A stretch of 64,000 nt of DNA from Ignavibacteria bacterium (GCA_041859235.1 JBHEKV010000060.1:4884-68883), one strand, 5' to 3'. Positions 52,409-61,497 are shown, counted from the stretch's first letter. Program-made: numbers and translations. The notes: generated by a model from the sequence alone, not told the origin.

Positions 52409-52998
52409 GGAGGATTGGAATATTTGGCGGCACATTTGACCCGGTACATAACGGTCATTTAATTATGGCTGAAAATGTAAAAGACCAAATGCACCTGGAT
52501 GAAGTATTGTTCATTCCTTCACGCATTCCCCCGTTAAAAAATATTGATAATGTTTCAGAAGCTGCTCACAGAGTTAATATGCTGAAGCTTGCTATTGCAG
52601 ACAACAAATATTTCACTTGCAGTGATGTTGAGCTGAATATGCAGGGTACGGAGCCTAACTATACTGTAAAAACATTACTGAAGCTACGCGAAGAATATCC
52701 AAAGGACCAGGTAAAGTTTTACCTGATAATCGGAATGGATCAATTGATAAACCTGCATAAATGGAAAGACCCTGGAAAGTTATTCCTTCTATCGGAAGTT
52801 ATCATAATCAATCGTCCGGGTTATCTTATTCAACAGGTTGAAAACGAGTACAGCAGGCAGGGTATTTTTGTACCTGTCCCGAACATTGATATATCCGCAA
52901 CTGATATCAGGTTCAGAATAAATGAGAAAAGATCAATAAAATACCTGGTCCCACCTTCAGTTGAAGAATATATTTACAAAAATAATTTATATAAATAA
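52405..52998 (+). CDS. nadD: Nicotinate-nucleotide adenylyltransferase
   Basis: GIFGGTFDPVHNGHL (H/T-x-G-H nucleotidyltransferase motif) and ISATDIR near the C-terminus. ATGA overlap with the GT4 gene. Confidence 0.9.
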   Translation: MRRIGIFGGTFDPVHNGHLIMAENVKDQMHLDEVLFIPSRIPPLKNIDNVSEAAHRVNMLKLAIADNKYFTCSDVELNMQGTEPNYTVKTLLKLREEYPKDQVKFYLIIGMDQLINLHKWKDPGKLFLLSEVIIINRPGYLIQQVENEYSRQGIFVPVPNIDISATDIRFRINEKRSIKYLVPPSVEEYIYKNNLYK

Positions 52999-53012
52999 TC
53001 ATTTAGTTCTTG

Positions 53013-54452
53013 ATGAACACCAATAATTCAATAGTTGTAATGAAGTTCGGCGGCACTTCCGTTCAGGATAGCAGTGCGATACAAAACGTGATAAATATCG
53101 TTAAAAACAATAGTTTGCAGAAGGTGGTTGTTGTTTCTGCAATTTCTAAGGCAACAACAGCGCTAGAAAACATAGCACGTTATGCTGCTGATAAGAATGT
53201 CAAGGAAGCTGAAAGGCTTCTGGATGAGATCATCAACAGGCATCATGTAATAATAAATGATCTTGTCACTGATTCAGCGCTTAGATCAGCCGCTGCAGAA
53301 AAGATAATTGGCTACCACAGACAAATTACAGAACTGGTCAAGGGTCTATCGATCATCAATGAGCTATCGCTCAGGATACTTGACGCATTCAGGGTTTTTG
53401 GTGAACTTATGTCATCAAATGTCATTTACCATGCAATGGTAAACGAGGGGCTTGATGTTGAACTCATCAATTCACAGCATGTGATCAAAACCAACAATGA
53501 TTTTTCAAGGGCATACCCTAACTTTGAAGTATCACAAGTAAATGCAGATAAGATAGTAAAACCGCTGCTTGCAAAGAAAAAAATTGTATTGGCACAGGGT
53601 TTCATGGGCTCAACTGATGACGGCATACCCACAACAATGGGCAGGGAGAGCTCGGATTTTTCCGCGGCAATTTACGGCTCACTTGTTGACGCTGATGAAA
53701 TACAGATCTGGACGGATGTTGACGGAGTTTTAACATGTGATCCAAACATTATTCCCGGCGCACTGAAGCTCAAAGAAATTTCTTTTAAAGAAATGGAAGA
53801 ACTTTCCAATTTCGGCGCGAAAGTTCTGCACAAAAATTCAGTTAAGCCCGCGCTGAAAAAGAACATTCCCATTAAAATACTGAATTCAAAAAACACTTCA
53901 TCAACAGGTACATTAATATGCTCTGAATTAAATTATCCTGAGCATATAAAATCAGTTACCTATAAAAAGAACATAATTGTCCTCAGGGTAAAGCCAAAAG
54001 AATCACTGAACCAGTTCATATTCTGGGAAATGATGCTGAATATTTTATCCCGGCATAAGCCGCAAATAGATATACTGCTTTCCTCAAATAATGCGCTCAT
54101 AATTGTAATTGCTGAAAGCGCTTATACAAAAATACATTATGATGAACTTAAGCAGGAATTTGATGAAATATCGGAATGTGAAATTGTTAAAGATAAAGTG
54201 CTTATCACACTTGTTGGGTCTGATCTGAACTCGATTGATAATTTTGAACAAAGTATATTTATATGTAACCCTGGTATTAAAGCTGAGTCTATAATTTTCG
54301 GATTCAATCCTCACAGTTTTTCTTTACTGGTAAATGCAGCTAATTGTGATACTGTATTGAAAAATCTCCACAAAGAATTCTTTGAGAATAAGACAAATGG
54401 TTCAGGATTATTTGAAAAACTCACCAAAAAAGAAGAAAAGAGTATAGCATAA
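53013..54452 (+). CDS. lysC: Aspartate kinase
   Basis: VVMKFGGTSV N-terminus, kinase core, C-terminal ACT-like region. I use the ATG at 53013 rather than the preceding TTG at 53010. Confidence 0.9.
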   Translation: MNTNNSIVVMKFGGTSVQDSSAIQNVINIVKNNSLQKVVVVSAISKATTALENIARYAADKNVKEAERLLDEIINRHHVIINDLVTDSALRSAAAEKIIGYHRQITELVKGLSIINELSLRILDAFRVFGELMSSNVIYHAMVNEGLDVELINSQHVIKTNNDFSRAYPNFEVSQVNADKIVKPLLAKKKIVLAQGFMGSTDDGIPTTMGRESSDFSAAIYGSLVDADEIQIWTDVDGVLTCDPNIIPGALKLKEISFKEMEELSNFGAKVLHKNSVKPALKKNIPIKILNSKNTSSTGTLICSELNYPEHIKSVTYKKNIIVLRVKPKESLNQFIFWEMMLNILSRHKPQIDILLSSNNALIIVIAESAYTKIHYDELKQEFDEISECEIVKDKVLITLVGSDLNSIDNFEQSIFICNPGIKAESIIFGFNPHSFSLLVNAANCDTVLKNLHKEFFENKTNGSGLFEKLTKKEEKSIA

Positions 54453-55180
54453 TGATAAAACTGGCTTTGGTAGGCTATGGAAAAATGGGCAAGATGATAG
54501 AATCTCTTGCACCTGAAGATCAGTTTACTATTACCGGGACATATGATGTAATAAATCCGGTGAAGGAACATCTAAAGAACGGAACTGAGGTAGCAATTGA
54601 GTTTTCAACTCCCGCAAGCGTGATTGAAAACATTGAATTCCTTTCATCCCGGGGAATTGACGTAGTATGCGGCACAACGGGCTGGTATAACAAAGCGGAT
54701 GTAGTAAAAGACATCATAAAAAAGAACGGTACTGGATTTATTTATGCCAGTAATTTTTCAGTGGGAGTGAATATTTTCTTCCAAATAGTGAGAAATTCTG
54801 CCAAGCTAATTAACAGTTACCCGCAATACAATACTGGCATAAAGGAAGTACATCACACACAAAAGCTGGATAAACCAAGCGGAACTGCTATCAGAATTGC
54901 GGAATATCTAATTGAGGGCATAAGTAATAAGAGTTCATCTGTAAGTGATTCCGCAAATCCGGATGCAAGTGAGATAAATATCATTTCTGAACGCATTACT
55001 GATGTTGTTGGAAGACATGAAGTTGATTTTGAAAGCGAAGCTGATACTATATCACTTATACATAATGCCAAATCCCGGCGGGGCTTTGCAGAAGGCGCAC
55101 TTCTGGCTGCGAAATTCATAAAAGGTAAAAAGGGATTTTACAAATTCGAAGATATTTTCAGTGATTTAAATTTAAAATAA
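54452..55180 (+). CDS. dapB: 4-hydroxy-tetrahydrodipicolinate reductase
   Basis: LVGYGKMGKM (NAD(P) site) and EVHHTQKLDKPSGTA (DapB signature). 1-nt overlap with lysC (TAATG). Confidence 0.92.
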   Translation: MIKLALVGYGKMGKMIESLAPEDQFTITGTYDVINPVKEHLKNGTEVAIEFSTPASVIENIEFLSSRGIDVVCGTTGWYNKADVVKDIIKKNGTGFIYASNFSVGVNIFFQIVRNSAKLINSYPQYNTGIKEVHHTQKLDKPSGTAIRIAEYLIEGISNKSSSVSDSANPDASEINIISERITDVVGRHEVDFESEADTISLIHNAKSRRGFAEGALLAAKFIKGKKGFYKFEDIFSDLNLK

Positions 55181-55197
55181 ATCTAACATTTAGTAAA

Positions 55198-56001
55198 ATG
55201 GAAGAAAATAAGGAACACCTAAATACTGCAGTAGAAAACGAAAGTCCGGAAATACCTGAAAACATTTCCATTGGTGATGCAATGGCAGGTGTTTTTTCAG
55301 AACCAGGGGAGACATTCCGCTCTGTAAAACTATCTGCAAAAAAGAATTATTGGCTGATACCGTTGTTAATTTTGATTGTTGTGAGTATGCTCTCCAGCAT
55401 ACTGGTTACCCGCGATGAGGAACTGACTTCTGAAATTAAAACCCAGCAGAAAGAAGCGATGAAAAAGCGCTTTGATGAAGCTATCAAAGAGGGTAAGATG
55501 ACAAAGGAGCAGGCAGATGAACAGCTTACGCAAACCGAAAAAATGTTCGGCGGCAGTACGTTTGTTATTTTTGGACTAATAGGTTCAATTGCCGGCGTAC
55601 TGATAATTTTCTTTCTAAAAGCATTGATATACTGGGGAGGTTTGAAATTATTCAAAGGTACTGCAGGGTACGGCGACATTATGAATGTGCTGGGGTTAAC
55701 AGCCCTTATAACAGCTATCCAGATGGTGGTTGATACTGTGCTTGCTATTCTTATGGGAAAATTGCTGATGAACATCGGACCTGTGCTGCTGATCTCAAAA
55801 GAAGCCGTAAGTAAAGATATGTTTGCGTTCATTGCAAATTTTGATCTTATCAATATATGGTATACTATAATTGTTGGTATCGGGCTTGCAAAAGTATCAG
55901 AACTTAAGAGTTCTGTGACAATCCCGTTTGTATTTGTATTATGGCTTGCTTGGGTATTACTTTCCTCATTCGGTCCCTTTGGTATGTTTATGGGAAGGTA
56001 A
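55198..56001 (+). CDS. Yip1 domain membrane protein
   Basis: The N-terminal GVFSEPGETFRSV motif followed by 5 TM helices is the usual Yip1/DUF1282 layout. Confidence 0.68.
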   Translation: MEENKEHLNTAVENESPEIPENISIGDAMAGVFSEPGETFRSVKLSAKKNYWLIPLLILIVVSMLSSILVTRDEELTSEIKTQQKEAMKKRFDEAIKEGKMTKEQADEQLTQTEKMFGGSTFVIFGLIGSIAGVLIIFFLKALIYWGGLKLFKGTAGYGDIMNVLGLTALITAIQMVVDTVLAILMGKLLMNIGPVLLISKEAVSKDMFAFIANFDLINIWYTIIVGIGLAKVSELKSSVTIPFVFVLWLAWVLLSSFGPFGMFMGR

Positions 56002-56023
56002 AATTTCCGGTTAATAGTGATAA

Positions 56024-56056
56024 CAAAAAAGCCCGGCAGCAGCCGGGCTTTTTTTA
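56024..56056. terminator. Bidirectional rho-independent terminator between convergent genes
   Basis: AGCCCGGC (56030-56037) - AGCA - GCCGGGCT (56042-56049), flanked by an A-run (56024-56030) and a T-run (56049-56055). Confidence 0.85.
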
Positions 56057-56068
56057 GGAATGAATACA

Positions 56069-57469
56069 TTATTTGCTCAGGATCATTTTCCTGGTCAAAC
56101 TAATACCTCCGCTTTGAAACGTATAGAAATAGATACCTGAAGATAATCCTGAAGCATCAAAGCTGACTGAATACCTGCCTGCCTGTTTGAACTCATTTGC
56201 AAGAACAGCAACCTCTTTGCCAAGCAGATCATATACGGCAATCTTCGTGAATTCACTTTTGGGCAGATCAAATGTTATCTTGGTTCCCGGGTTAAATGGG
56301 TTTGGATAGTTCTGGTAGAGTGAAAACGAAGACGGAATTTCAGCGCCAATAGTATTTACAGCTGTTAACTGATCAGTTAATAATTTGGCAAGCTGGCCGC
56401 CGTATGCGCCCATATCATTCCTTAAACCGCCGCGGGACGGGTACTTAGCAAGTGTGCCGTTGTTGGGATCAGCAAGATCATTGTACTGTACGCTTGAATC
56501 GCCTTTATCAATGCACGGCGAGCTATTCTGCAGGATATAGTTAGAATCAGCAAACAGAGGCTCATCGCTAATATTTCCCGAGCCAGAGAAACCACCTTGA
56601 ATATTATTGTAAGTCGCAGTTACACTTCCGCCTGAAATTGAAATCTGGTTTGTAGAATTACCTCTGATAATATTATTTCTTATAATTATTATTGAACTTA
56701 AACATAAAACTCCGCCTGTTCCGGATGCAGAGTTATTCAAGATCGTATTATTTTCAAGAATCCTTGAAGTTCCCGGGGAAGTGCTTAATATCCAGAATGC
56801 CCCCCCTCCTCCAAAAGAAGTACCGCCTGAGTTTTGAATAACTATATTATTCTTAAATATACCGCCTGAGTAATTCAAAACCACACCGGGTCCGTACAAA
56901 CCTTTGTTCAGCATAATAATATTATTATAGACTTTAGGATTACTGTCACCCATCCTCATTCCGCCTCCGCCTGCACTGACTGCGCCTGTAATATTTATTG
57001 CCTCATTATTCCTAATAATATTATTCTGAATGTACGGAGAGGAATATTGAATAAGTATACCTCCTCCTTCTCTGTATCTGTTTCCGATGGCGTGTTCATC
57101 TTCCCACAGTGTGCCTTTTCCGCCCGTTAACGTAAATCCCTGTAATACTGCAGTGGAATCTTCATGATTGGCAATAATTACACAGCTTGCCGTATCTATA
57201 TGACTTGGTGTGCTGCCGTTAATTATTGTTGAACTGATAACCTGCGGGTTACCGGACTGGAAATAAGTACTAGTTACGACAATTTTTTTCCCTCTGAAAT
57301 TTATGTTTTCAAAGTAAGTTCCCGGCGCAACCAGGACTGTATCACCGTTTACAGCAGCATTTATTGCCGCTTGTATTGTGGTGTACTGTGAAGGCACGTT
57401 TTTGATTTCCGAATGCACGTTTAAACTTGTTATAACGAGGGCTAAAACTATGAAAAGATATTTATTCAT
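56069..57469 (-). CDS. Right-handed parallel beta-helix protein with T9SS C-terminal sorting domain
   Basis: Signal peptide. YTTIQAAINAAVNGDTVLVAPGTYFENINF (DUF1565/pectate-lyase-fold start), repeated N-N-I-I/G-G-G turns. C-terminus LYQNYPNPFNPGTKITFDLP. Confidence 0.75.
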   Translation of the reverse strand: MNKYLFIVLALVITSLNVHSEIKNVPSQYTTIQAAINAAVNGDTVLVAPGTYFENINFRGKKIVVTSTYFQSGNPQVISSTIINGSTPSHIDTASCVIIANHEDSTAVLQGFTLTGGKGTLWEDEHAIGNRYREGGGILIQYSSPYIQNNIIRNNEAINITGAVSAGGGGMRMGDSNPKVYNNIIMLNKGLYGPGVVLNYSGGIFKNNIVIQNSGGTSFGGGGAFWILSTSPGTSRILENNTILNNSASGTGGVLCLSSIIIIRNNIIRGNSTNQISISGGSVTATYNNIQGGFSGSGNISDEPLFADSNYILQNSSPCIDKGDSSVQYNDLADPNNGTLAKYPSRGGLRNDMGAYGGQLAKLLTDQLTAVNTIGAEIPSSFSLYQNYPNPFNPGTKITFDLPKSEFTKIAVYDLLGKEVAVLANEFKQAGRYSVSFDASGLSSGIYFYTFQSGGISLTRKMILSK

Positions 57470-57477
57470 TCGTTTAT

Positions 57478-58371
57478 TTAGTTTGTAAAATTGAATATTT
57501 CTCTGAATTCCTTATGATTTAAAATTTCCCTGAGTGATAATACAAAATCCGGCGGCTCCTGGAACGGGCTATCCCTGAATATTTTATTCGTACTTTCATC
57601 CAGCAATTCATCGAACCTTTCCGCCCTGCCGGCGGCAGTTGTTTCAACTGAATGAACATAATTCACATTAAAAAGGAGTTTATCAGGGTTTACATACCCG
57701 CTATTGATAAGTGCTTTGGTTTTCTTTTCACAGCTGCATGGGTTAGCCCTGCTCATCAAACCGCACCTGTTATGCATAAAGTTATATAATTGTTTGCGGG
57801 CACGGGAGAGTTTCTGCCTGAAATTATCACGGGTAATATCCATTATTTCAGCGCCAACTTTATCACTTACCTGGAAAATACCCCCAAGAATAAAAACCAG
57901 CCTCTGTTCCCGATCAAGACAAAGAAGCATCCCTGACATGCAGCTTACCTTTACTTCGTTTACAAGCGTGTTCATTTCGACCTTATAATTTTCCTGCAAT
58001 GGCAAATCACTATCCGGGGTGTTTTCAATTATCTTCCAGTATTCATCAAAATTATCTGAATGTTTCTTTTCGCCTATGGACTTTTTCATATTCAGCACCT
58101 GGTTAATAACTATTCTGTAAGCCCACGTTCTGAATGCGCTCTCTTTGCGGAATGAAGAAAGCTTTGTGATAATCTTTATGAGAACTTCCTGCGTGATATC
58201 TTCTGCTTCCTGCGGGTAAAATACCATCCTTAAAGCAATGTTGTATATCCAGGCCTGGTGGCGGTATATAAGTTTTTCAAGCGCCTGCTTGCTGCCCCCG
58301 AGGGCAAGATCTATCAACTGTTCGTCTTTTTCATCAGTTGAAATCTTTTCAATAAACGGGTTTTCTATCAT
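57478..58371 (-). CDS. ECF-type sigma-70 family factor with a ~110-aa C-terminal extension carrying a C-x(9)-C-x-C motif
   Basis: Region 2 (EAEDITQEVLIKII..FRTWAYRIVINQV) and region 4 (REQRLVFILGGIFQVSDKVGAEIMDITRDNFRQKLSRARKQL). These are followed by HNRCGLMSRANPCSCEKK and about 90 more residues. Confidence 0.8.
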   Translation of the reverse strand: MIENPFIEKISTDEKDEQLIDLALGGSKQALEKLIYRHQAWIYNIALRMVFYPQEAEDITQEVLIKIITKLSSFRKESAFRTWAYRIVINQVLNMKKSIGEKKHSDNFDEYWKIIENTPDSDLPLQENYKVEMNTLVNEVKVSCMSGMLLCLDREQRLVFILGGIFQVSDKVGAEIMDITRDNFRQKLSRARKQLYNFMHNRCGLMSRANPCSCEKKTKALINSGYVNPDKLLFNVNYVHSVETTAAGRAERFDELLDESTNKIFRDSPFQEPPDFVLSLREILNHKEFREIFNFTN

Positions 58372-58454
58372 ATTATATTAGATGATTAAAAAGGGCTAAG
58401 TGTGACAACATTATGAAAAATGTAAATAGCTGATTTTACTGAATATATAAAAAA

Positions 58455-58769
58455 TTATTTACTGCTGTATTTCTTCCTGGTCTTAACTTTTTCAAGCTGC
58501 CTTTCAATAACAGCGGCTGCAAGCAATGAAGCTATTTCTTCTTTTGAGGGATTGTTAAAAATCTCATCGGTCTTTTTTTGGCCAACGTCGATCCTGTAAA
58601 GAATGAAAATGAGTTTCTCAACATTTTTTTCGAGCAGTTCGTGAATTCTCATCGTAAGAATTCTGTGTATTTCATCAAAAGAAAGCATATTGCCCGGGGC
58701 AAGATCGAAATTAGCGGAAATTATACTGTAAACTTCCTGTTGATCATTATTTTCTTTATTACTTTGCAT
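58455..58769 (-). CDS. Conserved hypothetical small protein
   Basis: 104 aa. ..IHELLEKNVEKLIFILYRIDV...IASLLAAAVIERQLEKVKTRKKY looks like a conserved helical family. No function known to me. Confidence 0.55.
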   Translation of the reverse strand: MQSNKENNDQQEVYSIISANFDLAPGNMLSFDEIHRILTMRIHELLEKNVEKLIFILYRIDVGQKKTDEIFNNPSKEEIASLLAAAVIERQLEKVKTRKKYSSK

Positions 58770-58777
58770 AACATTGT

Positions 58778-58954
58778 TTACTGTAATTTGACCGCTTCAA
58801 AGAATGAAACAGAATTATCTATTATTTCATAACTTACTTCAATAGGATTGCAGCAGATCTCACAATCTTCGATATACTTCTGGCTATCAACAGAAACATC
58901 AAGCAAAAAAGATATCTCTTTCCAGCAATACGGACACGTAAAAAAGTATTCCAT
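58778..58954 (-). CDS. CPXCG-motif cysteine-rich small protein (58 aa; absent from the ORF track)
   Basis: Hand translation of the reverse complement gives MEYFFTCPYCWKEISFLLDVSVDSQKYIEDCEICCNPIEVSYEIIDNSVSFFEAVKLQ*. The pair CPxC ... DCxxCCxPI is the hallmark of this family. Its ATG overlaps the upstream stop by 1 nt (TGATG). Confidence 0.68.
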   Translation of the reverse strand: MEYFFTCPYCWKEISFLLDVSVDSQKYIEDCEICCNPIEVSYEIIDNSVSFFEAVKLQ

Positions 58955-59418
58955 CAGATATTAGTTATCTCCAGTTCACATTTATGTACATTCCAGGTAA
59001 ATCCCTCATTCTTAAGAAACTTTCTGGAAATATTAATATGGTCAAGAAGCTCTTGTCTTAATCCGTTTTTAACAAGCTCACCTATATATCCAAAAAGTGA
59101 ATAATCCATTGAGCACGAATTATTTTCCTGGCGCATACCAACTGTGCATTTGCTGCACTCCCAGCTAACCAACTTACATAACGGAACGCAGAGTAAGAGT
59201 TCATCAAACCCTTCCGGCCAATCCATTGCAAGCCATGCGTCATAATTCCTGCCGCGTGCCGAAATTTCGAGTAATTCATCCCAGCTTTCGTCATTTGAAG
59301 CAATTTCTTCAAGTCCATCCAGTTGCTGAATAGTCAATTCAATTGCAGCTTCTTTTGTAGATCCCTTATTTATCCATTGCTGGTAAATGTTATTGTAATT
59401 CAGCAGTTTATCCAGCAT
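58954..59418 (-). CDS. Hypothetical cytoplasmic Cys-rich protein
   Basis: 154 aa. Cys cluster LLCVPLCKLVSWECSKCTVGMRQENNSC. 11-nt overlap with the upstream gene. No recognised domain. Confidence 0.55.
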   Translation of the reverse strand: MLDKLLNYNNIYQQWINKGSTKEAAIELTIQQLDGLEEIASNDESWDELLEISARGRNYDAWLAMDWPEGFDELLLCVPLCKLVSWECSKCTVGMRQENNSCSMDYSLFGYIGELVKNGLRQELLDHINISRKFLKNEGFTWNVHKCELEITNI

Positions 59419-60451
59419 TGCTCTTATTTACTTTCCGCCCAATACTTACAAAAATTAATATTGCTGTTAATATCAAAACACCGGCAACTATCATAGGCGA
59501 AGAATACTCCTCAGCCGATAAGTCACTTGAAACAAAAGGCAGCCCGCCGGCTGCTATTGCAAGCCCGAATGAGAGTCCCGCTGAAGTTGCAGGAAGTTTT
59601 TTCATATTCCTGTATAATGCTGTTACCATGACTGGCGTAACTGATTGCAGCAAACCTATCCCCGGCAATAAAAAATATATACTTGATTCACCCAGAATCA
59701 GCAAAGGAATTGCAATTATTAAGGCGGAAAAGGAATACCTTCTCCAGCCGAAATAATCACCAGCAAAGCCACCCATAATTTTGCCGCCTGCGGCCGAAAG
59801 CGAAATTAATATAATATTGATAATTTCACCCTGTTCAATATGCTGAAAAATATTCCACACTGCAGAGCGGAGCGCAATTGCCAGCAGCAGAACCAGCATA
59901 ATAAAATCATGTTTCTCGAATTCGTTTACTTCACGGGGTGTATTATATGGCAACACGGGAATCTTCATCGCGAAAATCAACACTGCAAGAGCTGAAAGTA
60001 AAGTAATTATAATAGCAGCGGGAAAAATATCGTTCACAGCAAGGTACCCGCCTATTGCAAGTCCTGCGACCCCTGGAGCTGAAAACAATCCTGCACCGGA
60101 AGATCTATCAGGGGTTGAACACAATGCCAGTGCCCCCCCGCCAACGTGAAAAATTGCAGAAGCTAAGCCCGCAAATAAAACTGCGGCAAAAGGATTGACA
60201 AAAAACATTATTACTGCGGCAGCCATCAGGAAAAGTCCGGTTAAGACCGCAAGCCCGGGACTTTTTAATTTATCGGTCAAAAGACCTGCCAAAGGCTGCG
60301 CGCCGAAAGCAAGCAAATTGTACAATAATACCATTGCGCCAACACCATAAATAGAAATGGAATTAGTCAGGCTGCCCAATATCAATCCGGCGGAGCAATC
60401 TGAAACTCCATGAGCCACACCAAGCGTTACCGGAAGTATTATTTTTTTCAT
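59408..60451 (-). CDS. MFS-like polytopic membrane transporter
   Basis: About 10-12 TM helices. Two motif-A-like loops, one in each half (PLAGLLTDKLKSPG and GGFAGDYFGWRRY). Confidence 0.58.
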   Translation of the reverse strand: MKKIILPVTLGVAHGVSDCSAGLILGSLTNSISIYGVGAMVLLYNLLAFGAQPLAGLLTDKLKSPGLAVLTGLFLMAAAVIMFFVNPFAAVLFAGLASAIFHVGGGALALCSTPDRSSGAGLFSAPGVAGLAIGGYLAVNDIFPAAIIITLLSALAVLIFAMKIPVLPYNTPREVNEFEKHDFIMLVLLLAIALRSAVWNIFQHIEQGEIINIILISLSAAGGKIMGGFAGDYFGWRRYSFSALIIAIPLLILGESSIYFLLPGIGLLQSVTPVMVTALYRNMKKLPATSAGLSFGLAIAAGGLPFVSSDLSAEEYSSPMIVAGVLILTAILIFVSIGRKVNKSNAG

Positions 60452-60464
60452 TTAAAGAATTAAA

Positions 60465-60797
60465 TTAGAATAAGAAACTAAGCAAAGCAGTGACAAGATT
60501 TGCTGTAAAAGCGATCACTGCCGCCTTTTGCAGATTTACCCTAAGTAGTATCTTCACCGGGATTATTTCGGTTAAAAATACAATAATTTCGATAATTAAA
60601 AAATATATATTGAGATTATTATTAAGTTCATACTTGATAGAATATTCTGAATAAAAGTAAAAGGCAATAGGGTGAGTTAAACAATTGATAATTAAGGAGT
60701 ATGAAAGTAGTTTTAGAGGTTTACTTCTTATGAAAAGGTAATATACAGCAAATTCAACAGCAATTGTTATTAACAAGGCTGTGAAATAGGTTTGCAT
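60465..60797 (-). CDS. Hypothetical small 3-4 TM membrane protein
   Basis: 110 aa, AT-rich. Charged or polar residues sit within predicted TM helices (IAVEFAV, NCLTHP, IIEIIVFLTEI). Confidence 0.5.
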   Translation of the reverse strand: MQTYFTALLITIAVEFAVYYLFIRSKPLKLLSYSLIINCLTHPIAFYFYSEYSIKYELNNNLNIYFLIIEIIVFLTEIIPVKILLRVNLQKAAVIAFTANLVTALLSFLF

Positions 60798-60798
60798 T

Positions 60799-61461
60799 TT
60801 ATTTCTTCATTTTCCTGATGAGGACAATTGAAACTATTGCGATCAATGCAAGAACCGGGATTAAAATTAAAAGGTAAGAACTATACTTTTCTGTCGGGGA
60901 TACGATATCATCCTTAACGCCGCTTTTGGAATCTTTGGCATCAATGATATTCTTCTGAGTGTCTTTATAAAGTGTCTTTGTAGATCTGATTATCATAGTA
61001 TCAGAATCAATACTTTCTACACGAAATAATTCCTGCACATAGTAATACTTTGCATCTCTATCAGCAAATGAACTGCAAATGATTTTTGACGATGGTATAA
61101 ATTTGCCGTTTTCGATAAAATTCCTAAGTTGAGCATTCCTGGAATTATCATCATCAATCTGATTCAGTGAATCAAATTTTACTGCATTAAAATCCTCATT
61201 CTTAACGGAATAAATAACCGGCACACCGAACTTGCATGAAAGGTCTATAGATTTACCGGGACTAAGAACACCTGCATAAATCATTGGAACACCATTGGAA
61301 TTATTTACAGGGTAGGCAACAAATGTGTAACCGGGGAACGAATCAATATTGGTTACTTCAAAGCTGTAAGAGATCTTTTTCTTTCCATCGGGAAGGAGGT
61401 CGGCTTTAACAAAAGAGCCGAAAACAAACAAAAATAAAATTGTGATAATCAGATTGTTCAT
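60799..61461 (-). CDS. Hypothetical exported protein with C-terminal TM anchor and basic tail
   Basis: Signal peptide (ITILFLFVFGSFVKA). A soluble domain of about 170 aa. C-terminus YLLILIPVLALIAIVSIVLIRKMKK. Confidence 0.55.
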   Translation of the reverse strand: MNNLIITILFLFVFGSFVKADLLPDGKKKISYSFEVTNIDSFPGYTFVAYPVNNSNGVPMIYAGVLSPGKSIDLSCKFGVPVIYSVKNEDFNAVKFDSLNQIDDDNSRNAQLRNFIENGKFIPSSKIICSSFADRDAKYYYVQELFRVESIDSDTMIIRSTKTLYKDTQKNIIDAKDSKSGVKDDIVSPTEKYSSYLLILIPVLALIAIVSIVLIRKMKK

Positions 61462-61497
61462 TTAACCCTCCTTCACTTCAGGGGAAAGATATTAATT

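Noticed and set aside
55347-56069. 240-aa ORF antisense to the Yip1-domain gene.
   Set aside because: It lies almost entirely within the plus-strand gene, which has a coherent Yip1 topology and N-terminal motif. The antisense product is low-complexity (S/I/N-rich) with no domain.
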